Source of the DNA: Azolla caroliniana
Lineage: Eukaryota; Plantae; Polypodiophyta
DNA: 64,000 nt
NCBI GenBank assembly: GCA_043228905.1
Contig: JBHGNT010000021.1
Location: 4,836,001-4,900,000 of the forward strand
Reading direction: 5' to 3'
A model generated the notes under the pieces. It saw nothing but the letters and a program-made list of their open reading frames with translations, was not told where the DNA came from and did not search any database. The stretch's first letter is position 1; each line of letters begins with the position of its first letter. The translations under genes and the position numbers were made by a program. Shown piece by piece: positions 23,259 to 37,027 of the stretch.

Positions 23259-23495
23259 TATATTATATACACACACAATGCTACAAATAATAATAAAAAT
23301 CGGGAGATATGAGGGAGGGGTTTGTTTAGGAGAGAAAGCAAGATGTTATTGGCAAAAGCCATGGTGGACAGAGATATAATCATATACATATGTATATCAT
23401 ATATATGTATATGTATATGTATATGTGTATGTATATGTATATATGTATAGAGTATATGTATATGTATATGTATACAGTATATGTATGTATTGTAC
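23212..23495. repeat. (ACAT)n, (AT)n and (ATATGT)n microsatellites
   Basis: Directly visible simple repeats. Confidence 0.85.
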
Positions 23496-24814
23496 ATGGA
23501 ATACCCATTTGTGTGTAGTGAAGGAGAAAAAAAAACAGGGTCTTTATTTATGACACATTATGAAGCCATTGAAACAGAGTGAGAGAGAGACAGAGACAGA
23601 GTTAAAAGTCATTTTAGAGCAGAGAGAAGAAAATGAAAAGCTTTATTTTATTTTATTTTATAAAAACAGAGCGAGGTTAGGAGAAGAAAAAAGAAGGAGA
23701 GGAAGTGTGATGGACACGATTCTGCAGGCAGATACACACGTGTCAGAGCCCACAGATTTAACACAGAACCCCCCCCCTTCTCTTTCATTTCCATTCATTT
23801 TGCTCTTCTCTTCTCCATTCTCTGTCTATAGACAGAGAAAAAGAGAGACAGACATAAGAGGCTCTCTCCCTCCCTCCCTCTCTTTCTTTCTCCACCATCG
23901 GTAGCAAAGAAAAAATAAAATAAAGAAAAAACCCAGGTATTCTTCCCTTTCTTCCTGCTTCTCTTTTTAACAATAAATTAAAAAAATAAAAAAAAATTCG
24001 CCCATCTGATTGCTGTTATTCATGTTTCCTCTTTGTCCTGATTTAATATGCATCTTTCTCTTAATTTATTTGTATGTGATTTAATTATGGAATTATAGAT
24101 TGTTGTAGGATTTGAAGCGATCCTCCTACTTTTTTGTTTATTTATTTCTGAATCTGATCGCTCTGGTATTGCTTAGTTTTGCATGCCTTTCTTTTTGCAT
24201 TGGATCTTAACCGTCTGTTGAATATAGATTTTTTTTCTATGCTTCCATCCTGTTTTGATGTAGATCGGTTTCTCTTTCATGGATTTGCACTGGAGTTTCG
24301 GTTCATCTTTCATAGATTTCTGATGCTTTGATGTTTTCTCTTTATGAAGAATCGAATTTTCTTGGATCCGTTTCTATGAGGAAGCTAGTTTTGCTATGAT
24401 TGGTTTTAATGCAGACCCGATATTACTTTCACTGTTTTTTTTATTCTTTGATGAAGAATCTATTTTGCTTTGATCGATTTGTCTATCAGTGATAGTTAAA
24501 CCTATGATGGGTTTTCGAGTCAGAGGTTTATGTGGGCTCACTGAAAAATCAATTTTGCATTTGAGGGGTTTTCCATCCAAAGTTTATCTTGGTTTTCAAT
24601 GAAGAAAAAGTTCTAATTTTATGATGACATCTTGACGTCTGTGCATTTGATGAATATACCTGTGAGTCTCAATGAATGGACACTTGATAAACATAGTAAC
24701 ATAATTGTATTTATAACGTTGTTAAATCTGTTTTGTTCATGCTTGCGTCAATCCTAATTTTATTTTTCTGCACATAGGAAGCACTCATCTACAATAATAT
24801 TAAAGTGCTGATTC

Positions 24815-26089
24815 ATGCAAACTTTCGTAATGGAGAGCTTTCCTACACCTTATCCGGTGGTTTTCTTCGATGGGGAGCAAGAACAAGACAAAGGCTTTGT
24901 GGACATCAATTCAGTGCTAACATTCAAGAGATTTCAGTCTCTTATAAGCCAAAAAATGGGCCTACCACCGAATCAGCTTTCAGCTGTATTCATTTGTCGA
25001 AAGATGATTAAAGATATGGGGAAGTGGCAGCGCTTCCCAATCACTATCAAAACAAATTTCAACACATTCCTTAGCGAGCACAATCCAAACAAGGATAGAG
25101 ACTCTTATTTCCTTGTATCTATGAAGAAGCCTAAAAGAGAGCGAAAAGGCTCAAAAAAGTGGGTTGGAGAGAGAGATCCACGCGATGATTGGATGTTTAG
25201 ATGTACTAGAGGAGTGAGAGGTCAGAATAATGAGAAAATAGAGCCTGGAGAAGAATCTTCTGGTGCATCTAAGGGCCAGAATCGGGAGGAAAATAATAAC
25301 AACAAAGTTGGAAAGAAGATCATTCTCAAAAGGCCTGCTTTCCCTACAAAAGGCATGACATTTGAAGAATTGTATGCTTCTCAGTTTAAATTGAGCAATG
25401 GTGACATGGTTGAGCAAATTGTACAAACAATTCAGTCCCAGGGTCATCTTCATCATGGAGAATATAACTGGAATCCCTTTTCAAGGCACGAACAATCAAC
25501 GTTGCAAACCTCTTATGGGTATTCATCAATCATGCCATCAGCTTTACCCACTCAAAGAATGAAGTTGGAATATCATCATCATAATAGTGTCAATGGTTAT
25601 AATTCTTTTATTGTCCCTGAAGAGGCCTATAACAAAAATGGGTCATCAGAATCTCTTTATCAAGATTCAAATAGAAATGGGAGTATTGATTGGATTTATA
25701 ACATACCCAAGGACAATAAAAGTGTGGGCTCATATGATGAAGAATTCGTGGAGGTTGGTCTTGATTGGTCCTATAAAAAAGTGGCTGAATACCCCAAAAT
25801 ACTAACAGGAATATTTCAAGATACTATGACTAATAATATGGGCATATATCAACATCCACCTTCGAGCCACAACTACAGTAGAAGTGAGAGTAATGCTAGT
25901 GTGAATGTGAATGCAAATGCAAATCAAGGTTTGCGTTGTCATGTTTGCTTTGATTGCAAGAATAGGAATGTTACTCCTATTCCGTTTCATTGGTGTGTGC
26001 AAGATGCCGTTACAAAGGGTTTTCATGGGCCATCTCCAGCAGGACCAATTGGTAAGCGTGAAGAGCAATGCGTAGGCACTGCCGCTTAG
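24815..26089 (+). CDS. Conserved plant protein of unknown function; single coding exon, probable 5' UTR intron about 23937-24777
   Basis: 424-aa ORF with N-terminal PVVFFDGE...FKRFQSLISQKMG...QRFPI and C-terminal CxxC...FHWCVxDAVTxGFxGPSPAGPI, motifs typical of a land-plant family. Upstream CAG|GTATT donor and CACATAG acceptor. Confidence 0.8.
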   Translation: MQTFVMESFPTPYPVVFFDGEQEQDKGFVDINSVLTFKRFQSLISQKMGLPPNQLSAVFICRKMIKDMGKWQRFPITIKTNFNTFLSEHNPNKDRDSYFLVSMKKPKRERKGSKKWVGERDPRDDWMFRCTRGVRGQNNEKIEPGEESSGASKGQNREENNNNKVGKKIILKRPAFPTKGMTFEELYASQFKLSNGDMVEQIVQTIQSQGHLHHGEYNWNPFSRHEQSTLQTSYGYSSIMPSALPTQRMKLEYHHHNSVNGYNSFIVPEEAYNKNGSSESLYQDSNRNGSIDWIYNIPKDNKSVGSYDEEFVEVGLDWSYKKVAEYPKILTGIFQDTMTNNMGIYQHPPSSHNYSRSESNASVNVNANANQGLRCHVCFDCKNRNVTPIPFHWCVQDAVTKGFHGPSPAGPIGKREEQCVGTAA

Positions 26090-28329
26090 TTACAAACTAT
26101 CTTAACTATATAGAATACAAGATCAGATATCGATGCACAAGAAGTGTGAAATTCATCGATTTTTTGAGAGGTTTGGTTGTTGGAGTACATAAAATCTCTA
26201 TATCTATATACTGGTGTATCAACATATTCATGATTTTTGACACAGCTTCTCTCGGAAAAAGAGCAGTAGGATTATTCATAGACCATGTATAACACAGATG
26301 CATATGATGCATACAAAGGAGAAAGAGAGATATACATCCTTTGGTTAGATTGCAATATCTAAGATTGGGTAATGCAATATCTAAGATTTGATATACATTT
26401 TGCCGGAAGCTAGCTTATGAAGATAAAAATCCAAGCAAATTGATAACCAAGCTTGGTTATTTTACAGGGTTCCATTTGTAGTATATATAATCGATCCCAA
26501 TGCTCCCTTGGCAGCAATATGGTATCCTGCCACATGGGCTTGACATTCTTCTCAGATATATTATGGAAAACTTAAAGAAACTTATATGAAAGCTTTTATG
26601 CTGGTGAATAATTTCATTAGCCGCTGAAGATATTTTACTCCTAATTCTCGCCTGAGAATCTTTGGTTTAATGTTTGCACTTGCAGTTGCATTTGGTATGT
26701 CACATGGATTATATGTTGTTTGTGTGCGGCAGCGGTGTGGCTGTTATTTGTTCCCTGTTAGCATTTTTACTAGCATTGCGTTTCGTTTTTATGCATTCTG
26801 TATTACAACGTACATTTCATTTGGTTTTTATAGATCATGTGTGCATAGGGGTGTTATATGTGTGCTACTCGCATTGCATGTGGTTTGTATAGATGTGTGA
26901 CATTTGGGAGAAGGATGCTCAGTCAATAGTGCATTAGTGTAGTGGATTTGGAGTTTGGTGACAAGACTACAGTTAGCTGTGCATTGTTCAATCAATATGC
27001 TTCACATAAGCTTGAAGGTAGTGCATTTGTGGTGAAGGATTAGGAATAGTGCAAAGCAAAAATAAAAAGATGTATCATTTTGGTCTAATTATTTATTGTT
27101 TAAAATGTATGCACACCAAATCAGTTAATAGGTTTACCTATGATTAGAAGCTGATACTCTTTTTCATGGCACAAACCTACAACATTAAGGTCACTTTGAT
27201 GTCCTATATATATGTGTGTCTTATACATAATCTGTCCTTTGGCATGTACCATATACTGCATGGAAAAGATGTGCTAAGATGTTACTTCAATTGTATCGCT
27301 CATATAGATGTATTATAAATAATCTGTCCCTTGGCATGTACCATATACCTTCATGGAAAAGATGTGTTAAGAAGTTACTTCTGTTGTATCTCTCTAGGAC
27401 TTTGAAGATGTGTAAGCTTTTTTAAGTAACTTGTGGAATTTCAATGTTTAGTGAGCTCACAATGAAGAATTGTTGAAAGACAATTTATACTTTTTGAGGT
27501 AATCCCTCAAAGTTGAATTGATGGAGATGGTATGTGTACATTTTACATAATCTCTAGCTTCAAGCCACCACTCAACGTAATCTCCAACATTGACTTGATA
27601 GAGATAGTGTACATGCATTTTACGTAATCTCCAGCTTCAAGTTGCCATCTTAGACGTCATCTAATTGGACCACCGTTCAATGACAGACAGAGAACACAAG
27701 TTTTGCATGCAATCTTTGTAGGCCAAAATTTGACTCAAAAGGTGACAATTTTGTAAATATGAGCTTTTGCTTATATCCACTAGGAAACAATTTGTTTCCT
27801 ATCAAAACCACACCGGTTGAGGGGAAAAAGATCTAGTTTTTTAACCGAACCATGTTTAAAGTAGAAGCTCGAGTAGTTGTTTCTTGACTAAAAACAAAGG
27901 AAAAGCTTCAAATTTCCACAATAGTCTTTCTTTTATTTACCCAATTGCTCCTATTGTTTTAAGTATCTCCCAAAATAAATGTCCTCGAGCAAAAACACCC
28001 CTCAACAAAACTTTTCGATATCTCTTTCCCACCCTTCCCACCCAAACTCAAATGCAAGCAAAGTTTTCAATCTCAAAATTTGAGTGTGCTCAGCCCAAAT
28101 ACGATTGAAATTTTCAATATTTCCCCGAATGCCCGTAGAGTTGTTGATCCCTACCCAAATACTCCATCTCGAGCAAAGTATGTTTGATTAATTCATCCTT
28201 GGGTCCCTTTGCATGTTGGGTCGATCATCAAAACCCAAAACCCTATTCTCCTTGACCACAAAGGGCATTCCAAGAAATAGCAAAAACCCCACCCAATCAA
28301 GCATCCGCTCAGTTCGAGAGTGTCAAACT

Positions 28330-29490
28330 CAAACATTTAAAAACAAACCGTTTTAAAGAATTGAAACTTAAATTGAACCAAACCCAGCCACGAAACTCTT
28401 TAAACTGAACCATTACAAAAAATTCAAGCTCAAACCAAACGGTTTTAGAGACTTTCAAACCTTTAAACCATTAAAATCACGGTTTCACGGTTCGGTTTTG
28501 GTTTTCACGTAGGTCAAAATTCAAAATTTCACATTTTTATTTTAAAAATTTAATATTTTGATATTTCAAATTTTAATTACTTCAAATTTAAAATTTTTTC
28601 TTAAAATATCAAAATTAGGCTTAAAATATTCAAAAAATATTTAAAAAAATGATCAAGTATCAATCCTAAACTGTCAAACCGTTTAACTGGAAATTGTTAA
28701 ATTGACAAAGGCTTGAGCCGAACCATTTACAAAAACCTAAATATGAATTGAGTCGTTAAGCCGCGGTTTCAACTGAAACCGTTAAATTGATAAAGGCTCC
28801 AACAGAACTGTTTACCTGAACCAAAACCTGAACCAAATTGTTAAGCCGCAGTTTCATGAACCGAACCGAAAATTGTTAAACTGATAAAGGTTCGAGCCAA
28901 ACCGTTTACAAAAACCTAAACCTGAATTGAATCCTTAAGCCGTGGTTTCAATTGAAACTGTTAAACTGATAAAGGCTCAAGACGAACCATTTACAAAAAC
29001 CTAAACTTGAACCAAACTATTAAGCCATTAGGCCGCAATTTCATGAACTGAACCGAAGATGGTTAAAGTAATAAAGGCTTGAGCCAAACCATTTACAAAA
29101 ACAAACTTGAACTGAACCCTTAAGCCGCGGTTTCAATCGAAACTGTTCAACTGATAAAGGCTCGAGCCAAGCCACCGAAAGCGTTAAGCTGATAAAGGGT
29201 CGAGCCAAACCGTTTACAAAAACCTAAAGTTGAACCAAACCGTTAAGCCATTAGGCCGCAATTTCATGATGAACCGAAGATGGTTAAAGTAATAAAGGCT
29301 TGAGCCAAACCATGTACAGAAACCTAAACCGTTAAGCCGCGGTTTCAACAGAAACCGTTAAACCGTAAAAGGCTCGAACCAAACCGTTTACAAAAGCTTA
29401 AACCTGAACCAAACCGTTTACAAAAACTTAAACCTGAGACAAACCGTTAAGCCGCAGTTTCATGAACCGAACCGTTCCAGTTGGCTACCT
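28330..29490. repeat. AT-rich array of AAACCGTT/GAACCG-containing units, probably a decayed or amplified hAT-type non-autonomous element
   Basis: Recurrent units such as GATAAAGGCTCGAGCCAAACCGTTTACAAAAACCTAAA and TTAAGCCGCGGTTTCA. TIR and TSD not resolved. Confidence 0.55.
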
Positions 29491-29759
29491 CCCTCCTCAA
29501 AGGGGGGGGGGGCCACATGGAGAGCTAAAGAAACAAATTCAGGATCTCTTCTACTTTAAGATGGTCAACACCTATACAGGTCTGTCTCTCTGCACACATA
29601 TACAAGAGCTCTGTTTCCATGGTAAGCTTGAGCTGGAAACAAATGGATGAGGAATGGAATGGTTAGAATTTCAACTCTGTTTCTGAAAACACAATCCTGT
29701 GTGTGTATTGTGTGTTGTCTTGATCTTCTCCATTTCTCAGGTATGATATATACATACCC

Positions 29760-30599
29760 ATGTCTTTTCCTCCTCCAAGGAGAAGAGATGACCTTGATCC
29801 TGATCCCTGTTGTTGTTGCCATGGCAACTTCCCAAGGATGGAATTAGAAATGGTCTGGTTAGAAGCTCTCTTCATGGGAAGGCAAACTCAGAGAAAGATT
29901 AGGGCAGGGAGTAGTCAGAGGCTGAGAAAACCTAGGGCCATGATGAACCCATCTTTTTTCACATCATCACCATCAACAACAACAATAACTGCAACAGAAA
30001 CAGAACCAGAAACATCGTCATTGACAACAAAATCACCATTAACAGCAACAAATTCATCATCAATAGCAACACCATCATTGTTGCCGTCAATCACATCACC
30101 ATCATATCATTCAGTGTCCGAGTCATCATTTCATTCATTGTTACCATCCTCCTCCTCATCATTTCATTCATTGTTACCCTCATCATCATCATCATTTCAT
30201 TCATTGTTACCATCCTCCTCCTCATCATTTCATTCATTGTTACCCTCATCATCCTCATCATTTCATTCATTGTTGCCATCATCATTTCATTCATTGTTAC
30301 CCTCATCCTCCACATCATTTAATTCACTGTTGCCCTCATCAGATCATTTGTTGTCATCCTCATCATCACCGACATCATTGACATCATCTCTCTTGTCATC
30401 ATCGGCAGATGAGTACACTGGATTTGATGCAACAGTTGTTGATACTGATAACAATGAGATGCCTATGATCATGTTCAGACCTCCTACAGAGTCATTCAAG
30501 CTGGACAATGGAATGTGGGGAATGAGAGATGTGGCGGCAGTTCCAATGATGGAGACAGAGATGGTGGTGAGGCAAAAGGAAACATGTAAGTCTATTTGA
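29760..30599 (+). CDS. Possible orphan Ser/Thr-rich protein with SSFHSLLPSSS repeats
   Basis: 279-aa ORF. The 33-bp repeat units at about 30120-30340 keep frame, including a shortened 24-bp unit. No recognisable domain. Confidence 0.4.
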   Translation: MSFPPPRRRDDLDPDPCCCCHGNFPRMELEMVWLEALFMGRQTQRKIRAGSSQRLRKPRAMMNPSFFTSSPSTTTITATETEPETSSLTTKSPLTATNSSSIATPSLLPSITSPSYHSVSESSFHSLLPSSSSSFHSLLPSSSSSFHSLLPSSSSSFHSLLPSSSSSFHSLLPSSFHSLLPSSSTSFNSLLPSSDHLLSSSSSPTSLTSSLLSSSADEYTGFDATVVDTDNNEMPMIMFRPPTESFKLDNGMWGMRDVAAVPMMETEMVVRQKETCKSI

Positions 30600-30940
30600 A
30601 AAAAATCTTCACAACATGATCATTCATTGCCAAATAGAACAAGAACACAGTAATTTCAAAGCGATGAGGAATAGACGATATATATCTCTGGTATCATGGG
30701 TAACAGTAATGTGATGGTGTTAACCCTGAAAATACTCTTGAAATGCTTATATATATACATTTCAAGGTTATCAAAACATTGAATTCTTCTATCCTCGCTA
30801 TGCTTTTTGTAATCACAAAGGTGTAATTTATATACACATCCAAAACAAGCTTTACCAAACTCCATGGTTCCATGAATCTCAAATAAAATTTTAAGTAAAT
30901 ATATACAGATTTAACAACTTGCACAATTACAACTTCATCA

Positions 30941-33266
30941 TCATCTTGAAAAGATCCACCACAACATGTTTGATAGAGAATTACCATCATCATGTTCTGT
31001 TAAGGCAAGCACATTGTGCAATGCTTCTTTGGGATCATATATGGTTTGCAATGCATATACAAATCCTTTCCATCCATCCTTAACATCAGATCTACTAAGA
31101 GATGGCATCGTCCACTCCACCAATTCTCTTACAAATTTGTGATCGCAAAAGAGAAACTCGGTGATTGGGATTAATGGAAGAACTTGTATGCCGACACGGC
31201 ATTCCCTACAATGACTTGGTGCGAACCATAGCCCAGTGTCTCTCTTATTAGCCCAAAGAACACCCATTATGCGGTTAAACGAAACGAAGTTGGCTTCATA
31301 TAATTGAGAGCTAGATGGAACATGCCACATCATTTGTGCAGCCTTGATCTCAAAAGCTGCCAGAGTAAGGGCCGTGTCAATGAGGTGGCTATCTCCAAAA
31401 GCCCGACCAAGTAGAGAAGCAGAATAATAAGCATTGATAGCCTCACTAGTGCTTTCTTGATTGCGCCCATCTGCAAATTCGGTTAGACCCCCTGCCCATG
31501 AGTGTAAGACCCAAAAATCAAAATTTCTTAGCTTAGGAAAAAGCGGCCGGCTTCTTGTAACACTAGGAGGGATTGAATTTCTGGTTTGACAATCCGTTAA
31601 AAGATCATGAGGGTGGGATAGTGTCATAAAATCTTCAACAATTGTATACAGATGAGGCTTATAAGCATTCCCCCACATGGGGTCTAGTTTGGCAAGAACA
31701 GCCCCAGCATAGCAAAAGTATCCCATATGGTAATGGTGATCATTATATATTCCCAGGCCGAAATCTGCACCTGCATCCCGTGAACCGTTCTGGCTGATTA
31801 TACCTCCCCATTTGCTATCATAAAGAAAAGAATTTCCATTGGAGCCTCCTTCTATCCATGTTGTAATGGAATCTCTCAAAAAGTCTATTGCCATTTTACA
31901 CTCATCACGGCAACCTATTTCTTCTGCTATTATTACTAACCTCGCAACGCGTGCCAATGCTTTGCCATAAAAGTATGTTGAATTAGTTTTAATCACATTC
32001 AAGGAGGAAACATCTTGCCTCAATGCATTGGCAACTTCTTCACTGTGATGTGGGTCTGATATACCCCTTGAAGAATACCATCCCACATGTATGGGAACTT
32101 GAGAAAGAACCCAAGAATTGCTCACCACTGCATGCATTTTTCCATCGATGCTCTCATAAGTAAGATCTTGGTATATACAGTCAGTACTGGGAAAAGACAT
32201 CATTTCCCTATGTATTGGCAAACTCAGCATCAAAAGCTCGTCGGAGTTATTTCTTTTCCAATCATATTGAATTTGGAAGGGCGACAAAATATCCGCACGC
32301 CCTTCCAAAGGATATGTAGCACTGAACCTATCCAATGTTATCTCTGCTGCCCCTGTAGAAGGAAGGAAAGCAATCCTCACAACCCCTTTGAAGTCGCCAT
32401 CAATTACCAAATCTCTTGATAAGAAAAGGGGAAGTGAGCTATATATCAACCATGTTTGGCCATTATTCATCACAAGCTTATGCTTAGTATAAGTCTTATT
32501 GGATGAAAGGCTTAACACAGCGTGAATGGTCGTGATCTGAGGGTTGCTTACTTCATTGAAGATACACGTGATGTAAGGACATCCTCTCACCAAAGGCACC
32601 AAGAGGTGACCCGGAAGTTTGAGAGTAACACTAAGATCATGAAAAGAAGAGACCAAATGTTTGTCACCAGCTGTCGTGTTCGAAGTGCTGATTGTGAGGT
32701 CGGGAACAAAGGATTGTATGATGAAGTTTGGTTGCACGATGCGAGATGGAAAACATACAGTTAATTTTCCATCTTTAACTTGGATAAGGTAAGGATGTAT
32801 ATACTCTGGTGAAGAGCCTTGATTGAGTACAAAATTAAGCCAAGCAGTATTTGTGGGTAAAGGAAAATTCTTCAATTCAGGAGACCAAAATGATGATGGT
32901 TTTGGTGCAATTGAATTCTCTATGATAGGGAAAGGTTGTGGCAACATCGGCAATGTTCTGCTCTCCCCTGCAAGTAATCAATTTAAACATCTTGGAAACC
33001 CTAAAAAAGAAGCATCATTAAATGCATTCTATCTGAGTAGAAACATTAACAAGAAAACAACACATATAATAAGAGAATCTGTAGAATCACCAGAAAAATG
33101 TAACAATTTACATGCTACAGAGTATATATGAACTTGAAGAATTACCAAGAAAAGGGTTGAGAGACGTAAAGTTATTATTATCTTGGAAAAACCTCTGTCT
33201 CTGCCGCCAAATCTTCTGGAAGATGCTTCGTATTAGAGCCATGAAACCTTGATACAATCTCGTCAT
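30941..33266 (-). CDS. Glycoside hydrolase family 81 endo-1,3(4)-beta-glucanase; exons 33266-33146 and 32967-30941
   Basis: PLPTN..W.NF, PEYIHPY, DFGLGIYNDHHYHMGYF, LHSWAGGLTEFADGRNQESTSEAINAYY (catalytic ExxxE) and GVLWANKRD. In-phase upstream exon (CTTG|GTAATT ... TGCAG|GG). Confidence 0.93.
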
Positions 33267-34575
33267 CTCTCTCTTTGCAAATTTTAACACAATAGATTAT
33301 GTTCCTCTCCATCTTTTTCATTCTTATAATCTCAAAATGCTTTTAGACGCAACCAAGAGTACACGCCTGTCTAATATGAAAGAAGGAATCTGAGGAAAAG
33401 AAAACGTTTCCTGGTTATACAAGGAAACAGAGATTCCCTGCTCACAAAAAAATAAAAATCATTGCTTATAAAAACAGGAAAGAACCAGAGGTAGGTTGGA
33501 TGTGTTCGAAGTTGCATATTGAACATGCTTCTTTTCTTCCATAGCAAATTGCCACCACCAGAAAAACAACATCATGATGTATTCACACAAAGAAGAAACA
33601 ATATAATTCATAGTGGAGTATCTTGAATCACTCAAATCTTTCATGTGAAGCCATGGAAGTTTGATTCCATGGTTTCTGTTTCTCTTGCGCCTCAATATGC
33701 ATGTATATATGTGTATATATACAATTTATAGTATAGTACAGTGTGTGTTTGTGTGTAAGGAAGACCATTTGAGTTTTCCATATATTTGATTGTCATTTGT
33801 TGCATTGAGGAGAGATTAGTACATTCTCATCTATCTATTCTTGCAGTAATCAGTAGATCATCATCATCAGCAGCAAGTCCAGATCTAAAGGGCAGATTTT
33901 CTCACCATTTTATGAAAGTATTCATGGTAGAAAAACCTCAAAACATTATTGATATCATATACATCAATGTGGAAAAGAACCTTCCAGCATTCTTTAGGAG
34001 TTCATATTCCTTCCTAAAAAGCTCACAATTCCTTTAGAATATAATGAAAGCATCCAATGTGTTTAATTCTAAAAGTTGTAATTCCATACAAGTTGATTCA
34101 TTCCCTGATTTGTTTATAGTGAACTTACTAATGATGATATAGGAGGGGTATATGAAAGAATAGGTGAGACTCTTATTCATGAGCAAATGTATATTCTGTA
34201 ATCATGTGAAGTGTGGGGGGGGGGCGTGAAAGAGATGTGTAAAAAATGAAAATGAATGAGGTGGAACATTAGTGATTCTAGTGCATTTTGAATCCATAGT
34301 GGTGTTGTATAGTATCCAAAAGGAAATGGTGGAATGTGGGGGCAAGTTGGCAACATAAGAATAGTGGGAGAGCAGATGATTTAATATTGGTAATAGCATG
34401 TATACCAGTGGGTGGGCTGATCAATCTATTGGTTTTTAAAGGAGGCCTAGTAAGCTAATACCATATAGTGCAATAATAGGTAATAATTGTGTTTTGTGTA
34501 TCATATTGTTGAATACTCTGGCGAGGTGAATGTAGGCCGATTCGACAAGAGACAAACAGACAGACAGACATAGAG

Positions 34576-35333
34576 ATGGCAGGCAGAGGGTTTGCCATAG
34601 CCATCTTGTGTTTGCTCATCATTGCCATCTTCATTTGTGCTCATTTGAGCCTTGGAAATTCTTCCACCACCTCTTCACATCTTGTTCCACCTTGTAAGTA
34701 TAGACTAAATATGTTATCTCCTCTCCTTTCTTACGTCTTTTCCGCACTCTTTCCCCACCCCCCACCCCTTTTTCACAATCCCCATCATTTCATCCCACCT
34801 TCTCTCTCTTTTCCTGTTCCATAGATATCTATGGCTTACACACACATATTCCTTCACCGAAGTTGAACGCACTTTGGTACATCATTCCACTATGTAAATC
34901 TAATGTCTGTGTTGCATATACTGGCTTCAAACCCTATTCTCACCATAGAACTAGGATGTCCAACCATTATTAGATGGTCTGATCAACTGTATACATAAAT
35001 CGCATGACCAATCATTACATCAAATCATTGCATTGTTTCCCTGATTCAATTTTTTATCAGCATACAAACATTTTCAGTGCATGGCATGACCCAATGCTTT
35101 TTAAATTTCCCTGTATTAAGTAAGGTCTTAAGTGTAAGAGAAAGTAATCCCATCTGGTTTCTCTATAATGTGTAGATTCCTTAACAACTCCATCAGAACC
35201 TCCATGGGGCGTAGAAATTTCCACCTTATATCAATGTGAGCAGTGTTGCTCACAATGGCATGGATATTGTGAAGAACAATGGGTGCATTTTTGCACATGT
35301 GACACCATGTATGCGCCAACACCTCATTATTAG
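34576..35333 (+). CDS. Secreted cysteine-rich defensin-like peptide, 91 aa; exons 34576-34693 and 35176-35333
   Basis: Signal peptide exon, then a phase-1 GT-AG intron. Exon 2 encodes YSLTTPSEPPWGVEISTLYQCEQCCSQWHGYCEEQWVHFCTCDTMYAPTPHY*, with CxxxC, GxC and CxC motifs. Confidence 0.75.
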
Positions 35334-35809
35334 CATAGCAATTATTCAACTGCTTAGACTGTGGAATACAATGAAATAATCCAACTAAATTCACAATTTT
35401 TTTACATTTGGCCAATCACACTCGAGAAGTCAAAAAATCATCAATTGAATTGTATGAATAGTGTTCACCTTTGGTGATAGAAGAATGCCAATCCTAAATT
35501 ATCATCTTTCATTGAACCATATCGGAACAAATAACGATATCAAGTCTCAAAACAATACCGCTCAACAATTCGGAAAGTATGAATGAACATTAGGCGCTTG
35601 TGATATCATCTTTTTGAAACTATTTTTCATCAAATTTGTAACAAGGAGAACAAAAAGTCAAAGAAACAAGACTGTCTTAGATAATCTGTTTTTTAACTGC
35701 AGAACTTCATTCTTAACATATACACTAGCGAAACCACCATAGCTATAATGGCATTTTTTTTCGTCACTTCTCTACCATCCACAATGGATTGCTAGTCTGT
35801 ATCAAATGT

Positions 35810-37027
35810 CTACAAAGAAGCTTCAGCTAATTTCAGATCTTCCAAGATCTGAGATTTCACATCAGCAGGAAGCAGAGCCCGTGGTCCTTCCTTTGCATAG
35901 AATTTACCTAAAATCTTGAATGCACTCTCCAAAGCCTTGTACGATTCCTGTTCAGACAAAGTTAGAAGAATCATGATGTGGGAATGGCACTGATAAATGA
36001 ATGCATCATCACTCCATGTTTTACAATGATCTTCAGTAAGGAATACATGCATCGGAAAGCATCTGAATAATATAAATTTGAGGGTTGGAATTTTTTTAGA
36101 ACAAGCTCTAATACAAAACATAAAAAGGAACTCGGCCTCTGAAAGCTTAAATGGCCGGATCGCTAATGGCATACTATTTACCTCTTACCTCTAAAGAAAC
36201 ATTCTGAGGCTAACAATTTAAAGCACATTTGACCTCAATATGTACGTAGGTATGTATGTATGTATGCATGAAGAACCAAAAAATAAAACCTCTGAAGAAA
36301 CACTCTTCTGGCCTCTCCAATTCTGTAGGAAATCGCGAATTGCTCCTTTTGCAGAATCAGCAGATCTTCTGATATTTGCTTCATTCGTGGATTCTTCTCC
36401 GATCGATTCTTTCAAGCTCTTCACAACGAGCCGAGCACTTTTAAGATATCCTTTAGGAAGTAATTTCCCTTCTTTGGTCTTCTCATTTGGATCAAAAAGC
36501 GATAGAAAAGGATTCATTGAAGATTCGTCATCGGATTTAGCCTTCCCTGTGTCAATTTTACGCTCTTTAGCTTCAAATTTAACCTTTTCTTCTTCCGATT
36601 TACTCTCTTGAGACTGCGATTCTTGCTTCGTGTGAGCATCTTTTCCTTTTTCTTCTCCTTCTTCTGTTGCGTTTGCTCTCTTGTCTATACCTCTCCCGAG
36701 AAAAACCTCGTTTGCGAAGCAAAAGCTAAGGGCGATCCATTCTCTGCGAGTGAGATACAGCCGTACGTCTCGGCGAGTTCTGTGAGGTGTGGATCTGTAC
36801 CTGGTGCTCGTCGTGGTCGTGGTCTGACTGCGATCACCATAGCTAATCAAAGCACTAGCTGCACTGCTCAATGGCAGGGTAAAATTAATCGAAGAAAGGT
36901 TGAAATAAAGCACAGAGAAAGGATAGAGAAGGGGGTTGGGGGGGGGACTGAACTAACCATTCCAGGTTGCACAGGGGAAGACAGCAGATGCCATAGCCAC
37001 CACAGCCACAGCCATAGCCATAGCCAT
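35810..37027 (-). CDS. LPA19: Photosystem II D1 processing protein PSB27-H2 (LPA19); exons 37027-36958, 36858-36290, 35947-35810
   Basis: Twin-Arg motif LTRRE...ANA, then FDPNEKTKEGKLLPKGYLKSAR, RRSADSAKGAIRDFLQNWRG and ESYKALE...FYAKEGPRALLP. Confidence 0.9.

Noticed and set aside
30091-30318. Met-rich minus-strand ORF
   Set aside because: It is an antisense reading of the TCA-rich repeat.
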